Shown here: positions 29,091-38,850 of the stretch, in pieces | Position numbering within the stretch: position 1 is the stretch's first letter | Layout: each line of letters begins with the position of its first letter | Assembly (NCBI GenBank): GCA_039799905.1 | Contig: JBDLRP010000003.1 | Coordinates: 1-53,420, forward strand | Direction of reading: 5' to 3' | DNA from: Pseudomonadota bacterium | GTDB lineage: Bacteria > Bdellovibrionota_B > Oligoflexia > Silvanigrellales > Silvanigrellaceae | Length of the DNA stretch: 53,420 nucleotides | Translations under genes and position numbers: made by a program | The notes under the pieces: generated by a model | Told to the model about the DNA's origin: nothing | Seen by the model: the letters and a program-made list of their open reading frames with translations, nothing else | Databases searched by the model: none

Positions 29091-29729
29091 ATGAAGAGCA
29101 AAACCATTGGTATCCTTGATTATGGAGCAGGAAATTTTGGATCGGTCAGGCGTGCCCTGCAGGCGCTGTCTGTTGAGCCGGTGCCTGTTTCTCGTCCGGC
29201 CGACGTGCAGTCGGTCGATCAGTTGGTTTTTCCGGGCGTGGGTTCCGCGGGTCAGGCAATGAGTGAGCTGCGGGCGCGTGGCCTCGATGAGGCGATTGTC
29301 AGATTTGCGCAGACGGGCAAACCTCTTTTGGGCATTTGCGTGGGAATGCAGGTTCTGGGCCAGTATTCTGCGGAGGGAAGCGTGCATTGTCTTGGCTTAT
29401 TGCCCTACCGCATCGAGCAATTCACCTGCAGTGATCCAGTTCCGCATATGGGCTGGAATTCATTGCAGTGGAATGACTCCCATCCGTGTGCCGATTTCGC
29501 AAAGGAGAATTTGGCGCCGCAGGCGAATTTGTATTTTGTCCATTCCTACGCTGCGTTTTTGGATGAGCAAGAATCAACTGCAGACTGTCTGCTTGCTTCG
29601 TGCGAATACGGTCGACAGACGTTCGCCGCGCTTGTCGCTCAGGGCAACATTTGGGGAGCTCAGTGCCATGTTGAAAAGAGCGGTCGCGCGGGACTCGAGT
29701 TCATCAAAAACTTTTTGCGTCAGAGGTGA
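29091..29729 (+). CDS. hisH: Imidazole glycerol phosphate synthase glutaminase subunit
   Basis: LDYGAGN, PGVGS, GICVGMQ, VPHMGWN, YFVHSY and QCHVEKS motifs. Confidence 0.95.
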   Translation: MKSKTIGILDYGAGNFGSVRRALQALSVEPVPVSRPADVQSVDQLVFPGVGSAGQAMSELRARGLDEAIVRFAQTGKPLLGICVGMQVLGQYSAEGSVHCLGLLPYRIEQFTCSDPVPHMGWNSLQWNDSHPCADFAKENLAPQANLYFVHSYAAFLDEQESTADCLLASCEYGRQTFAALVAQGNIWGAQCHVEKSGRAGLEFIKNFLRQR

Positions 29730-29734
29730 ATCTG

Positions 29735-30502
29735 ATGTTGAAAAAAAGAATCATTCCATGTCTGGACATTATTCAGGGCCGCGTCACCAAGGGCGTCGCA
29801 TTTAAAAACAACATCGACATCGGCGATGCCGTGGAGCTCTCCGCGCATTACAGCGACAGCGGTGCTGACGAGATTGTCATTTATGACATTCTGGCCAGTG
29901 CGGAACGCAGGCCGCCTGACTTTTCAAACATAGAGAAGATTGCCGCACGAAGTTTTATTCCCATCTGCATTGGAGGCGGTATACGTGATTTTCAGGATGC
30001 TGCCCGTTGCATTGCCAGTGGCGCCGAAAAGGTTTCTCTCAATAGCATCGCGCCGCAAAAGCCTGAACTGATCTCCGAAATCGCAAATCACTTTGGCGTG
30101 CAGGCGCTCGTGCTGAGTCTTGATGTGCTGCGCGATCCAACCTGCCCGAGTGGTTACCGTCTCGTGATTCATGGCGGGCGAACGCCGACGCAATATGATG
30201 TTCTTGATTGGCTCAAATTTGCGGTACCCAGGGGCGTCGGAGAAATTTGCATCAACAGCATCGATCAGGACGGGAAACGCAGTGGATATGATCTGCCGCT
30301 TCTAAAGCTGATTAAGTCTCAGGTCCACGTTCCGGTGATTGCATCCGGAGGGGCCGGGAATGTCGGGCATGTAGCCGATGCTCTTCGCTCTGGGGCGGAT
30401 GCGGCTCTGGTTGCGAGTATTGTCCACTCCGGAGAGCTGACTGTTCACCAAATCAAAACCCAGCTTGCCGCTGAAGGAATCATGGTCCGGCTGGACTGGT
30501 GA
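29735..30502 (+). CDS. hisF: Imidazole glycerol phosphate synthase cyclase subunit
   Basis: KRIIPCLD, GGGIR, GAEKVSLNS, GEICINSIDQDG and PVIASGGAG motifs. Confidence 0.96.
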   Translation: MLKKRIIPCLDIIQGRVTKGVAFKNNIDIGDAVELSAHYSDSGADEIVIYDILASAERRPPDFSNIEKIAARSFIPICIGGGIRDFQDAARCIASGAEKVSLNSIAPQKPELISEIANHFGVQALVLSLDVLRDPTCPSGYRLVIHGGRTPTQYDVLDWLKFAVPRGVGEICINSIDQDGKRSGYDLPLLKLIKSQVHVPVIASGGAGNVGHVADALRSGADAALVASIVHSGELTVHQIKTQLAAEGIMVRLDW

Positions 30503-31772
30503 ACTTCTCCACGCGCACGCGGGCCCCGCGTTGCGCGTATTCGGTGAGTTTAGCCTTTTCACTTTCCTTGCCGAAATAGACCCAAACCATAAAGTGCTGA
30601 AAGCCTTCCTGCGCAGCTTGAATGTCGTAAAAAATTCCGGAGGGGCTGCGCAGTTTTGTGAATTTCAATTTCTCCATGTCAGCACTTGAAACTATTTTGG
30701 GCTTGACCAGCGCGCTTTGCTTTTTGTTCGGGCTGCGAAAGCCGAGCGCAATCAAATTGCCCTCCTGATGAATCAAAATGGCATCGCTCTCGTCGGCTGT
30801 CTGACTCGGAATAAATTCAGTTTTTGTTTTTGACTGCGTGTCGGATTGGAAACCAAAGAACAAGCCGCTTCCCTTAGCGAACGACTGACCAGAGAATGGC
30901 AGATCAAGGACAACGGGGAAGTAAAGTGCGTCTTCATAAAAAGAAACATCGCAGCAAATCTGTGTGTTGATTTTCATGGCGAGAATGTTGAGTGCGACGG
31001 CAACTTCAATGTTCAGGGCTTGCGAGCCTCGCGAGAGACTCGTGATTTGTGAGGTGAGGTCATCGTCCTCAAATTTCATGTTGAAAAGGTATTTGGGCTT
31101 TAAATATGCCTTGAGCTCACTTTGGGCCATCACCGGACGCGTTTCTGGCCGTGCTCTAATCTCGCTGAAAAAAATATTTTTATCTGATGTGTGAACATAC
31201 TCGTATTTTTGTGTGCTGATTGTTTTTGATTCACTGTTGTATTTGATGTTGCGCGGCGGAAGCTCCGCAACTGGGCTGCCGCAGTCTGCGATGAACAGAG
31301 ATTTACGCGACTCGCCAAGAGACACTTCCAATAAGACGCTGGCAACGGTCGATCGGCAGATTGTCTTGATCTGCGCGGGTAGTTTACTTTTGCATTCTGC
31401 ATTGCAGTCAGAAAAATCGCGATCATCAAGGACAATTCTATGGACGCTTTGCATGCGGCCAAAAAAGGGATCTCTTTTTTGCGGATGTGGCAGACTCGCG
31501 CGGAGCTTGCGCACTTCGTACGGCTCTCGCAAAACAAGGGCCGCGTCGTCTTCCACTTCATCGATTTGCAGCGGTACGCGCAGAGACTGTGTACCGTCAG
31601 ATCTGAGGGCGATCAGTTGGTTGCGCGGGGTCCCGAAAATTGTCGAGAGCTGCGATGAATTGAGCAGAACCGGATAGCCGAGCGCACCCGCCGGAAGTAG
31701 CAAAAAAGCGAGTGACAAGCGTATGCAGAGGCGCCACAAGAGGTGTGTCCATGTGAAGTTCATTTTGAACAT
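30480..31772 (-). CDS. Secreted hypothetical protein (beta-rich)
   Basis: 430-aa ORF with a signal peptide (..AGALG). Its end overlaps the hisF end by 23 nt. Confidence 0.65.
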   Translation of the reverse strand: MFKMNFTWTHLLWRLCIRLSLAFLLLPAGALGYPVLLNSSQLSTIFGTPRNQLIALRSDGTQSLRVPLQIDEVEDDAALVLREPYEVRKLRASLPHPQKRDPFFGRMQSVHRIVLDDRDFSDCNAECKSKLPAQIKTICRSTVASVLLEVSLGESRKSLFIADCGSPVAELPPRNIKYNSESKTISTQKYEYVHTSDKNIFFSEIRARPETRPVMAQSELKAYLKPKYLFNMKFEDDDLTSQITSLSRGSQALNIEVAVALNILAMKINTQICCDVSFYEDALYFPVVLDLPFSGQSFAKGSGLFFGFQSDTQSKTKTEFIPSQTADESDAILIHQEGNLIALGFRSPNKKQSALVKPKIVSSADMEKLKFTKLRSPSGIFYDIQAAQEGFQHFMVWVYFGKESEKAKLTEYAQRGARVRVEKFTSPAGP

Positions 31773-31806
31773 CCCTGTTCAGATATAAATCGCCCGAGCT
31801 GATTCT

Positions 31807-32352
31807 TCAGCCTGCGTGTGTGTGTTTGTCGGACATCCAGTCACGGATCTTTTCAAGTTCCGCTGCAAAGCGGTCCGACATTCTCAGACCAAGATACATT
31901 TTGAAGAGCGTCTCGACCACATCAGCAAGCAGCTGAGTGTTGGCGATGCGAGCCTGCATATGTGTGGAGGCATCGGGTGCCTGTACCGTAGGGAGTCGGA
32001 CGCCGCGCAGCGACAGATCATCCGCACGCATTGTCCACATCCACTGACGCTCTTTGTCCTGCAAAATGAATTTGGCTTCGTGAACCATTTTTCCCGATTG
32101 CAGAGCGACGAGAGCTTCCGCAGCGTACGCTGGTGTGCCCCCCTTCAGCGCATGTTCGTGTGCCGAACCTGAACTCGAAGTCAAAACGAGCCTGTCGTCA
32201 ACGTAGAGTTTGTAGAGTCCCAGTTCGCCAAGGTCGACCTCGTGCCGACCCGTCTCTGTGTGGTACCAGAGCCAAGTCAGAAATTCCCGACCCAAAAATG
32301 CTTGGTTGGTTTGCAGGTAGCGAAGACTGTCGAGCGGGAGGTTGAGGTCCAT
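31807..32352 (-). CDS. RdgC-related protein (short deltaproteobacterial type)
   Basis: FLGREFLTWLWY motif and EALVALQSGKMVHEAKF segment resemble the C-terminal half of RdgC. AGGA lies upstream of ATG 32352. Confidence 0.6.
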   Translation of the reverse strand: MDLNLPLDSLRYLQTNQAFLGREFLTWLWYHTETGRHEVDLGELGLYKLYVDDRLVLTSSSGSAHEHALKGGTPAYAAEALVALQSGKMVHEAKFILQDKERQWMWTMRADDLSLRGVRLPTVQAPDASTHMQARIANTQLLADVVETLFKMYLGLRMSDRFAAELEKIRDWMSDKHTHAG

Positions 32353-32423
32353 GGTTGTTTCCTGCAGTTGCAGAGTGTGACTTGAATCGTGCAATTTGAT
32401 CGAGAACCTAATAGGGGATTGAA

Positions 32424-33245
32424 GTGATGTCCAGCGAAGCGCAAGTGTTTGCAATCGCAGAGAAATGTATGAAAAGAGCGGTTGAATTGTGCCGTGACTT
32501 CAGCGCTCGGCCCGTGGGTAAGATTCGCAAAGGCGACAAAACCTGGGTGACCGAGGCCGACCTTTTCATCGAAAAGGAACTCCGTTCCATCATTCAGGGT
32601 GCGTTTCCCGAGCACGAGATCGTCGGCGAAGAGGAAGGCGGCAGTTTGTCATCGGCCGCTGAAAAGGACGGAGATCGCTGGTCGTGGATTCTGGATCCCA
32701 TCGACGGGACATTTAGTTTCGTTCACGGGGTTCCCTTTTATTCATCTCTTCTGGCTGTGTTGAAGAACGGTGAGCCGTTCATTGGATTTGCGGCACTTCC
32801 CGACATGGGGATTGTCATGAGCGCACAGCGCGGCAAAGGTGTTTGGATTAACGGTGAGGCTTACCGGCGCCCGCAGCGGATTGGCCAAGACGCGATTGAA
32901 TTGGTGGCAACGGCCGACCCCTATCGCTTCCGGATGGAAAATGTTGGCCATCTCGTGAATGATTTTTATGCAGGTGAGATCAAGGCTCGGACATACCCTG
33001 ATGCTTTGGGTTACTACATGCTCTTGCGCGGATCAGTGCGCGCTTTTGTGGATCCGAAAGTTGAGATTTGGGATGTCGCACCCTTCCATGTGATTCTTCC
33101 CGAGGCAGGCTTTACGATTCATTCTTGGCACAGGACGCCACAGACACGGATGCTCGAACGCGGCAGCAGCGTGGCATATGCGCTCGACGAAAGTGGAGCG
33201 GCTTTGGCAGTGGATGATGTGTTGAAAATTGTTCGCGGTGGGTAA
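32424..33245 (+). CDS. Inositol monophosphatase family protein, probable histidinol-phosphate phosphatase (HisN-like)
   Basis: VTEAD, IVGEE, WILDPIDGT.SFVHGVP and WDVAP motifs. Located near hisH/hisF. Confidence 0.85.
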   Translation: MMSSEAQVFAIAEKCMKRAVELCRDFSARPVGKIRKGDKTWVTEADLFIEKELRSIIQGAFPEHEIVGEEEGGSLSSAAEKDGDRWSWILDPIDGTFSFVHGVPFYSSLLAVLKNGEPFIGFAALPDMGIVMSAQRGKGVWINGEAYRRPQRIGQDAIELVATADPYRFRMENVGHLVNDFYAGEIKARTYPDALGYYMLLRGSVRAFVDPKVEIWDVAPFHVILPEAGFTIHSWHRTPQTRMLERGSSVAYALDESGAALAVDDVLKIVRGG

Positions 33246-33299
33246 GATGAAGCTGTTTTTGATGCACGTGCCGTCAGCCGCTGGTTGTTTGGGGTAAAG

Positions 33300-33983
33300 A
33301 TGAGATTTTTAATCCTCTCTTGTTTCATGATGGTTTTTTCGGCCTGTGTCAGCGGCCCGCAGCCGACACCCGAGACGTTGGTGGTTGAACGCAGCGAGCT
33401 CGGAAGACCGGGTTGGGTTGAATCCTTGCGCAGCCTCGAACCGCAGTCCGAGAAATGGTTCCTTCATACCAAGAGGGAACTCATGAGGCTTGATTTGGGA
33501 ATCCGGCAGACTCAGGCCAGCGGCATTGCGGCTCATTGTCAGTTGCTTGCTGAACGCATGCGTGATGAAGTTTCCACCGCACTGGCGCAGAGTCAGGCCA
33601 AAGGCAAAGACTCGGACAAGCAAAAAGCGGTTGTTGCAGATGCTGCAAAAAACAACGAAACACCGCCAGCCGCAAATTCCGCAGTGGCGACTCAGGCTGA
33701 AGCTATCGAGAAAACGATCACTGAGTTGGCCGCTTCTAAGGATTGCCCTGAATTAGAGCTAAAAGATGTTTATTGGGAGGCCATTCGCCGGCAGACGCCC
33801 GATGGTCCCCGCACAAGCTATGACGTATACGTGCTATTGAGCTTGAAACAGGTTCATTTTGACGAGGTGCTTGCCATGACGGCGAACTCTCTTAAACTCA
33901 GCGGTCGGGCAGACCTTGCACCCGTGGCAGAGGTTCTGATCGGGCGTATGAGTCAAAGCCTACAAAAAGGAACGAACGAATGA
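33300..33983 (+). CDS. Lipoprotein, LPP20-like
   Basis: Lipobox FSAC, RPGWV near the N-terminus and DVYWE..YDVYVLL near the C-terminus. Confidence 0.6.
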   Translation: MRFLILSCFMMVFSACVSGPQPTPETLVVERSELGRPGWVESLRSLEPQSEKWFLHTKRELMRLDLGIRQTQASGIAAHCQLLAERMRDEVSTALAQSQAKGKDSDKQKAVVADAAKNNETPPAANSAVATQAEAIEKTITELAASKDCPELELKDVYWEAIRRQTPDGPRTSYDVYVLLSLKQVHFDEVLAMTANSLKLSGRADLAPVAEVLIGRMSQSLQKGTNE

Positions 33984-36691
33984 GCGGATCGGGCAAATGG
34001 CTGATCATCACAGAAAAGCCCAGCGTTTCAGCTGACATTGCAAAAGCTCTTGGTGGATTCGAGAAGAAGTCGGACTACTATGAGAGCGACTCTTTCCTTA
34101 TGACGTGGGCCGTTGGTCACCTGCTTGAGCTGTTGTCACCCGAGGATCTCGATCCCAAGTACAAGCGCTGGTTGCTTCAGGACCTCCCTATTCTGCCAGA
34201 CCACTTTGAATATAAGCCCAAAGATGGGCAAAAAGAGCGACTGGACGTCATCAAGTCACTTGCCAACCGAAACAGTGTCGTCGGCCTCATCAATGCATGC
34301 GATGCGGGCCGCGAGGGCGAATTGATTTTTCGTGAGTTGTACGATTTCAGCGGCAGCAAAAAGCCAATCCGCCGCCTCTGGCTGCAGAGTATGACCCACG
34401 AATCCATCCGTAAGGAATTTGCGACACTCCGTGATGGCACAGAGTTCGATCATCTGAGTGATGCTGCGCGCTGCCGCGCCGAAAGCGATTGGCTTATCGG
34501 CATGAATGCGACCCGCGCAGTGACGCGTCGTCTCAAACCAAAGGCACAAAAAGGTGTTAGCTGGAGTGTGGGTCGCGTGCAGACTCCCACACTTGCTCTG
34601 ATCGTCAAACGCGAAGCCGAAATTCTCAAACATCGTCCTGAACCCTACTGGACGATCGAGGGTCGTTTTTCGACCGATACTCACGAATATTCGGGCCAAT
34701 GGTTCGAGCCCAATTTCAAGAAGACTGAAGTTGCCGACGAAGACGACGTTGCACTTCGAGAAAAGGACGATCGGATTTTCGCTCGTGCTCAACTTGAAAA
34801 GATTCTTGGCGAAATTCAGTCGTCACGCGATGCGGCAGTTGCCTCCGAAACGCGGAAAGAGTCGCGCGAAATCGCTCCACAAATGTTCGACCTCACGACA
34901 CTTCAGCGCGAGGCCAACAGGCGCTTTGGTATGCCGGCAAGTCGCACTCTTCAGGCTGCACAGCGGTTGTATGAAAAGCACAAGGTACTTACCTACCCGC
35001 GTACCGACTCAAAAAACCTGCCCGAAGATTACGTTGACAGCGTCAAGACAATTCTTGCCAAATACGGAGATTCCAAACTCGATGTTGCCGGTGTCAGCCG
35101 GCGCATTTTGTCGCGCGGACTTCTCAACAAAGAGCGCGTGTTCAACAACAAAGGCATCTCAGACCACTTTGCGATTATTCCCACCGGCGAAATTCCAGCG
35201 GGACTCGAGGGGGATGATCAGAGAATTTTTGATCTTGTGACAAAACGCTTTTTGGCAGCATTCATGCCGCCGGCAGTGTGGGCAAAGGTCGAGCGTATTA
35301 CCAAAGTTGCCGGATATAATTTCCGCACACGCGTTTCGGATTTGCAGGAGCAGGGCTGGCGCGAAGTCTATGGCAAGGACAGCGAGGACGAATCGAGCCT
35401 TCCTAAACTTCATCCAACCGATCCCAATGCCAGTGTGAAGGTCAAAACTGAGAGTATCGAATCTCAGGAAAACGCCACCAAACCTCCTCCGCGCTTGTCT
35501 GAAGCCAAGTTGTTGAGCCTCATGGAGCACTGCGGTCGAACCGTTGAGGCCGAGGACATCGCAGATGCGCTGCGTGATAAAGGTATCGGCACACCCGCAA
35601 CCCGTGCGGATATCATTGAAAACCTGATTGGCAAGGAATACGTCGCGCGCAACGGCAAAGCCCTGCGTGCAACGTCGAAGGGGATGCGACTTCTCGATGT
35701 TCTCAACCGAGTTCCGGTAGACGGCCTTGCAAGCGTCGAGCTGACCGGCGAGATGGAATATGCTCTCAAACAGATGGAACGCGGGACAAAAAGCCGCCGC
35801 GAATTCATGAAGGACATGGCCAAATACACGGCCGACATCGTCGAGAAGACGCGCAGTTTCGACTATGAAGAGCTCTATTCCAAGGAGCCCTCTCTCGGTC
35901 AATGTCCTGCCTGTCACAAAGGAACGGTTTACGAATCTTTCTGGGGCTACAAGTGCAACCAGAAAGAGTCGTGCAACTTCATCATCTGGAAAGAAAAGAA
36001 CCAGCGGTATCTCGACAGGAGCCTCGTTTCTGACCTGCTCAGCAAGAAGATTGTCGGACCGGTTGAGTTCTCCACCCTGAGCGGCACAACCTATTCGACC
36101 TTCCTGACAACAACCGAGAAGGGTGTTTTCTTCTCGGATGAAAACGGAACTCCGACAGAAACGCTTCCTGGTGCCGAAATCAAAGTTTTGCACGAGGAAC
36201 AGTTGCCCGAAACGTTTTTGGCCCTGCCAGGCCGTCTCATCGAAACTGAGACTGCCTATATGTGCGAATTCGGTGTCCCAGCGCCTGAAGTTGCTGCCGA
36301 AGGGGCCGAGGGTGCTGCAGAAAAGAAAACCGGCAAGAAGAAATCAAGCAAAACTCCGACCACCGCGCGCAAGGTTGCTGCCAAGAAACCCAAGAAGCTT
36401 ATGGCCCGCATGCCCAAGACTCTTTGCGGACACTCTGTTTCGCGGGACGAGTTCCGATCATTTGTGATCACTGGAATGACTCCCGCCATCACCGACTTCA
36501 AGTCGAAAAAAGGGCGGCCGTTTGCTGCCAGTCTGCACTTGAAGGCTAATGGAAACTTTGAGTTCAAGTTTGAATCGCGCAAGAAATTGCTTGGTGAGGA
36601 CGAGAAGCCAAAGACCCGCGCGAAGAAGCCAACCAGCAAGGCCAAGGTTGTCAAAAAGGCGGTGAAGACGGAAAACGCGTCGGCCGAATAA
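33980..36691 (+). CDS. topB: Type IA DNA topoisomerase III with zinc ribbon and Lys-rich C-terminus
   Basis: IITEKPSV, NACDAGREGELIF, RLWLQSMT, SVGRVQTPTL, LTYPRTDS (catalytic Tyr), GIGTPATRA, CPAC and FKSKKGRPFAA motifs. Confidence 0.93.
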   Translation: MSGSGKWLIITEKPSVSADIAKALGGFEKKSDYYESDSFLMTWAVGHLLELLSPEDLDPKYKRWLLQDLPILPDHFEYKPKDGQKERLDVIKSLANRNSVVGLINACDAGREGELIFRELYDFSGSKKPIRRLWLQSMTHESIRKEFATLRDGTEFDHLSDAARCRAESDWLIGMNATRAVTRRLKPKAQKGVSWSVGRVQTPTLALIVKREAEILKHRPEPYWTIEGRFSTDTHEYSGQWFEPNFKKTEVADEDDVALREKDDRIFARAQLEKILGEIQSSRDAAVASETRKESREIAPQMFDLTTLQREANRRFGMPASRTLQAAQRLYEKHKVLTYPRTDSKNLPEDYVDSVKTILAKYGDSKLDVAGVSRRILSRGLLNKERVFNNKGISDHFAIIPTGEIPAGLEGDDQRIFDLVTKRFLAAFMPPAVWAKVERITKVAGYNFRTRVSDLQEQGWREVYGKDSEDESSLPKLHPTDPNASVKVKTESIESQENATKPPPRLSEAKLLSLMEHCGRTVEAEDIADALRDKGIGTPATRADIIENLIGKEYVARNGKALRATSKGMRLLDVLNRVPVDGLASVELTGEMEYALKQMERGTKSRREFMKDMAKYTADIVEKTRSFDYEELYSKEPSLGQCPACHKGTVYESFWGYKCNQKESCNFIIWKEKNQRYLDRSLVSDLLSKKIVGPVEFSTLSGTTYSTFLTTTEKGVFFSDENGTPTETLPGAEIKVLHEEQLPETFLALPGRLIETETAYMCEFGVPAPEVAAEGAEGAAEKKTGKKKSSKTPTTARKVAAKKPKKLMARMPKTLCGHSVSRDEFRSFVITGMTPAITDFKSKKGRPFAASLHLKANGNFEFKFESRKKLLGEDEKPKTRAKKPTSKAKVVKKAVKTENASAE

Positions 36692-36746
36692 TAAAATCTT
36701 GATGTTTCAGTTGGTTGTAAGTTGGGCAGGACGTCGTCTTTGCTGC

Positions 36747-36776
36747 TTGACGAACCCCGTCGCATCGCGCTATTCC
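36747..36776 (+). promoter_or_regulatory. Possible sigma70 promoter of the tRNA gene
   Basis: TTGACG (36747-36752), an 18-nt spacer and TATTCC (36771-36776), just upstream of the tRNA. Confidence 0.35.
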
Positions 36777-36792
36777 CCTTCGCACCGTAAGT

Positions 36793-36869
36793 GGCAGGGT
36801 AGCTCAGTTGGTTAGAGCGGAGGTCTCATAATCCTCAGGTCGGCGGTTCAATTCCGCCTCCTGTCACCA
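36793..36869 (+). tRNA. tRNA-Met (CAT), probably elongator
   Basis: Cloverleaf: GGCAGGG/TCCTGTC acceptor stem, GCTC-AGTTGGTTA-GAGC D arm, GAGGT-CTCATAA-TCCTC anticodon arm, GGCGG-TTCAATT-CCGCC T arm and encoded ACCA end. It has a G1-C72 pair and lacks the three G-C anticodon-stem pairs of initiator tRNA. Confidence 0.93.
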
Positions 36870-36893
36870 CTTCCTTTTTCGTTCGTCTCAATT

Positions 36894-38780
36894 CTAGTAA
36901 GTCTCATCCAAATTGATTCTCAGTCCCAGGTTCAGAGCGTTGAGAAGAATCTCATTGTTTTGTTGGGCAGATGCACGAACGTCGGTGTTGCTCAGAAGTC
37001 CCCGTTGCACTCCGACGAATCCCTGCAGTGCCGAGAGTCTCACCTTTTTCCATTGTGCCCAATCGTCGGTGATCGTCCACTGCCATCCGGTGTCGATGTT
37101 CCAGCGCCATCCTTTGGCGTTTTCAAACTTGTAGGATGTGTATGAAATTCGTGTAAAAGTTCCATCAAAATTGGTGTTCGGATAAAAGCTCAGCGAAGGT
37201 TCAAAAAAGGTTCCGCGTCCAGCGGGCGACCACAATTCAAAGGTCGATTTTTTGCGATCGTAATTCCAAGACTCGCTCAGATAAACCAATCCGCTGCTGA
37301 GAGTGGCTTGTGCTTTATAGTCCAGCACCGGCATCTCCGCCCGCAGTAGCCCATTCACAAGTGTCGTTGTCCGACGGCCTGTCGCTTGCTGGAAGAGAGC
37401 GCTGTCGGGCAGTGAGATTTTGAGATTGACGATTTCGTTTTCAGTCGTCCTTTGGACAGAAGCTCCTGCGGATAGTTCTCTCCAAATCGGATGCCAGCCT
37501 GACATGGCCGCGGTTTGTGTCGCAGGAAGGCGCGAGCGTTCGGATTCAGGCACGGGCAGTCCGCTCCATTCGAACTGTGTCTTCCACAAACCGGGCCACA
37601 GGACGTCCCAAAGTCGTTCAAAGAGATTTGCTGTGGGCAACGTTTCTTCGAAGTCCTGAGCACCCTTGAGCGTCACCACCTCGCTGTCATCAGGAGGAAA
37701 TAGCTCTTCTCGTGCAAACACCGACGGTTCGTTTTTGTCATTCTGAATGTTCGATCTGTTGTTCGGCTGTACTTTTCTGGGAGCTGGCTTTTGCGGCGGA
37801 AGTTCACTTGCCTTGAGTGGTCGCCGTCGTTCCATTTCGGCAGTTGGTTTGTCGCGCGTTGGTATCAAGGAATCGTTGGCCTGCATGGGTTTCTTGGCAA
37901 CCGGCGGCGGTGGTTGCGTGTCCGCAGGAGTTGGATTTTGCGTATTCATGCTCACAGGCGGTGCGTCCGCAACTGCAGATTTTACGGGACTCGTTTCCGT
38001 GGATTTGGTGATCGCAGGTGGAGCGATCGGCTCATAGCCAGCCTCACGCAGATACGTTTCCATTGTTTTGAGCCGCTGCTGCATCGGTTCAGCTGGAATC
38101 AACCAAACTGCGTCCTCGGGGGGCGTGCCGCTAAAGACGGAGATCGGTTTTGTCTCGATGGTTGCTCGACCATCCTCCGAGATTTGCAAGGTCGAATGAA
38201 CGAGCTTGGGCGGATTCTCGAGGACGACTGACTTGATGCGAGGCTCGGGGCGCGAATGCGTCCATCCCGGTCGTGCGTACTCGCGCACTGGCAACCTCTC
38301 GTGCAGCGCTGAAATAACCTCAAGTAGAAAGCGATCGCTCTGCAGGAGTCCGGCAAGATTCGCTGGACGTTTGAGATCAACCCGCCAGTCACATCTCTCG
38401 TTGCGGATGTCAGCCGGTCGAGTTGGTCTGCACATGACAAAACTCACGTGATTCACGCCCGCCGAAACCACCAAGCGCCACATGGTGAGGTTGTAACTTT
38501 TTGAAATTTTTAATGGAAATGAGCAAAAATGGGAGGGTCGGGAAAAAACCATGCCCCAAGGGGCAAAATCGGAATCCTCATGCAGTCGGACAAGTTTTTG
38601 ACACAGGATGCTCGAATATATCTCCTCTGCGATCTCGATGCGCAGATCGATAGGCTGAGTCACTTGTGCCTGAACTGATTGGGAAAATCCAAAGAAGGTC
38701 AGGCTAAGTCCGACCAATCGCCAAATATTGTGCCCCCGCCGAAACCACTGCCCTCGGAACCAGCCATAAGTTTGCGGCAC
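36894..38780 (-). CDS. Hypothetical exported protein: N-terminal globular domain, Pro-rich linker and C-terminal amphipathic beta-strands (possible outer-membrane barrel)
   Basis: Signal peptide ..FGFSQSVQA, Pro/Thr-rich middle, and C-terminal alternating strands (WNIDTGWQW, LQGFVGVQRG, LNLGLRINL). The start is uncertain; GTG 38780 was chosen to avoid overlap with the divergent gene. Confidence 0.6.
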   Translation of the reverse strand: MPQTYGWFRGQWFRRGHNIWRLVGLSLTFFGFSQSVQAQVTQPIDLRIEIAEEIYSSILCQKLVRLHEDSDFAPWGMVFSRPSHFCSFPLKISKSYNLTMWRLVVSAGVNHVSFVMCRPTRPADIRNERCDWRVDLKRPANLAGLLQSDRFLLEVISALHERLPVREYARPGWTHSRPEPRIKSVVLENPPKLVHSTLQISEDGRATIETKPISVFSGTPPEDAVWLIPAEPMQQRLKTMETYLREAGYEPIAPPAITKSTETSPVKSAVADAPPVSMNTQNPTPADTQPPPPVAKKPMQANDSLIPTRDKPTAEMERRRPLKASELPPQKPAPRKVQPNNRSNIQNDKNEPSVFAREELFPPDDSEVVTLKGAQDFEETLPTANLFERLWDVLWPGLWKTQFEWSGLPVPESERSRLPATQTAAMSGWHPIWRELSAGASVQRTTENEIVNLKISLPDSALFQQATGRRTTTLVNGLLRAEMPVLDYKAQATLSSGLVYLSESWNYDRKKSTFELWSPAGRGTFFEPSLSFYPNTNFDGTFTRISYTSYKFENAKGWRWNIDTGWQWTITDDWAQWKKVRLSALQGFVGVQRGLLSNTDVRASAQQNNEILLNALNLGLRINLDETY

Positions 38781-38850
38781 TTCAGCCGATATATCCCTCG
38801 GGGAGGGTGTGTTTGTGCGCCTTAAAGTCTCATGGCGGAGAAATCCTGCC

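Noticed and set aside
35159..36193. 344-aa antisense ORF inside topB
   Set aside because: Lies fully opposite a well-supported gene, has no recognisable motifs, and is typical of a codon-bias shadow ORF.
36793..36869. tRNA(CAT) as initiator Met or Ile2
   Set aside because: The paired G1-C72 and the lack of the three G-C anticodon-stem pairs argue against initiator. A4/G5 in the acceptor stem is unlike the C-rich stem typical of Ile2, though Ile2 is not fully excluded.
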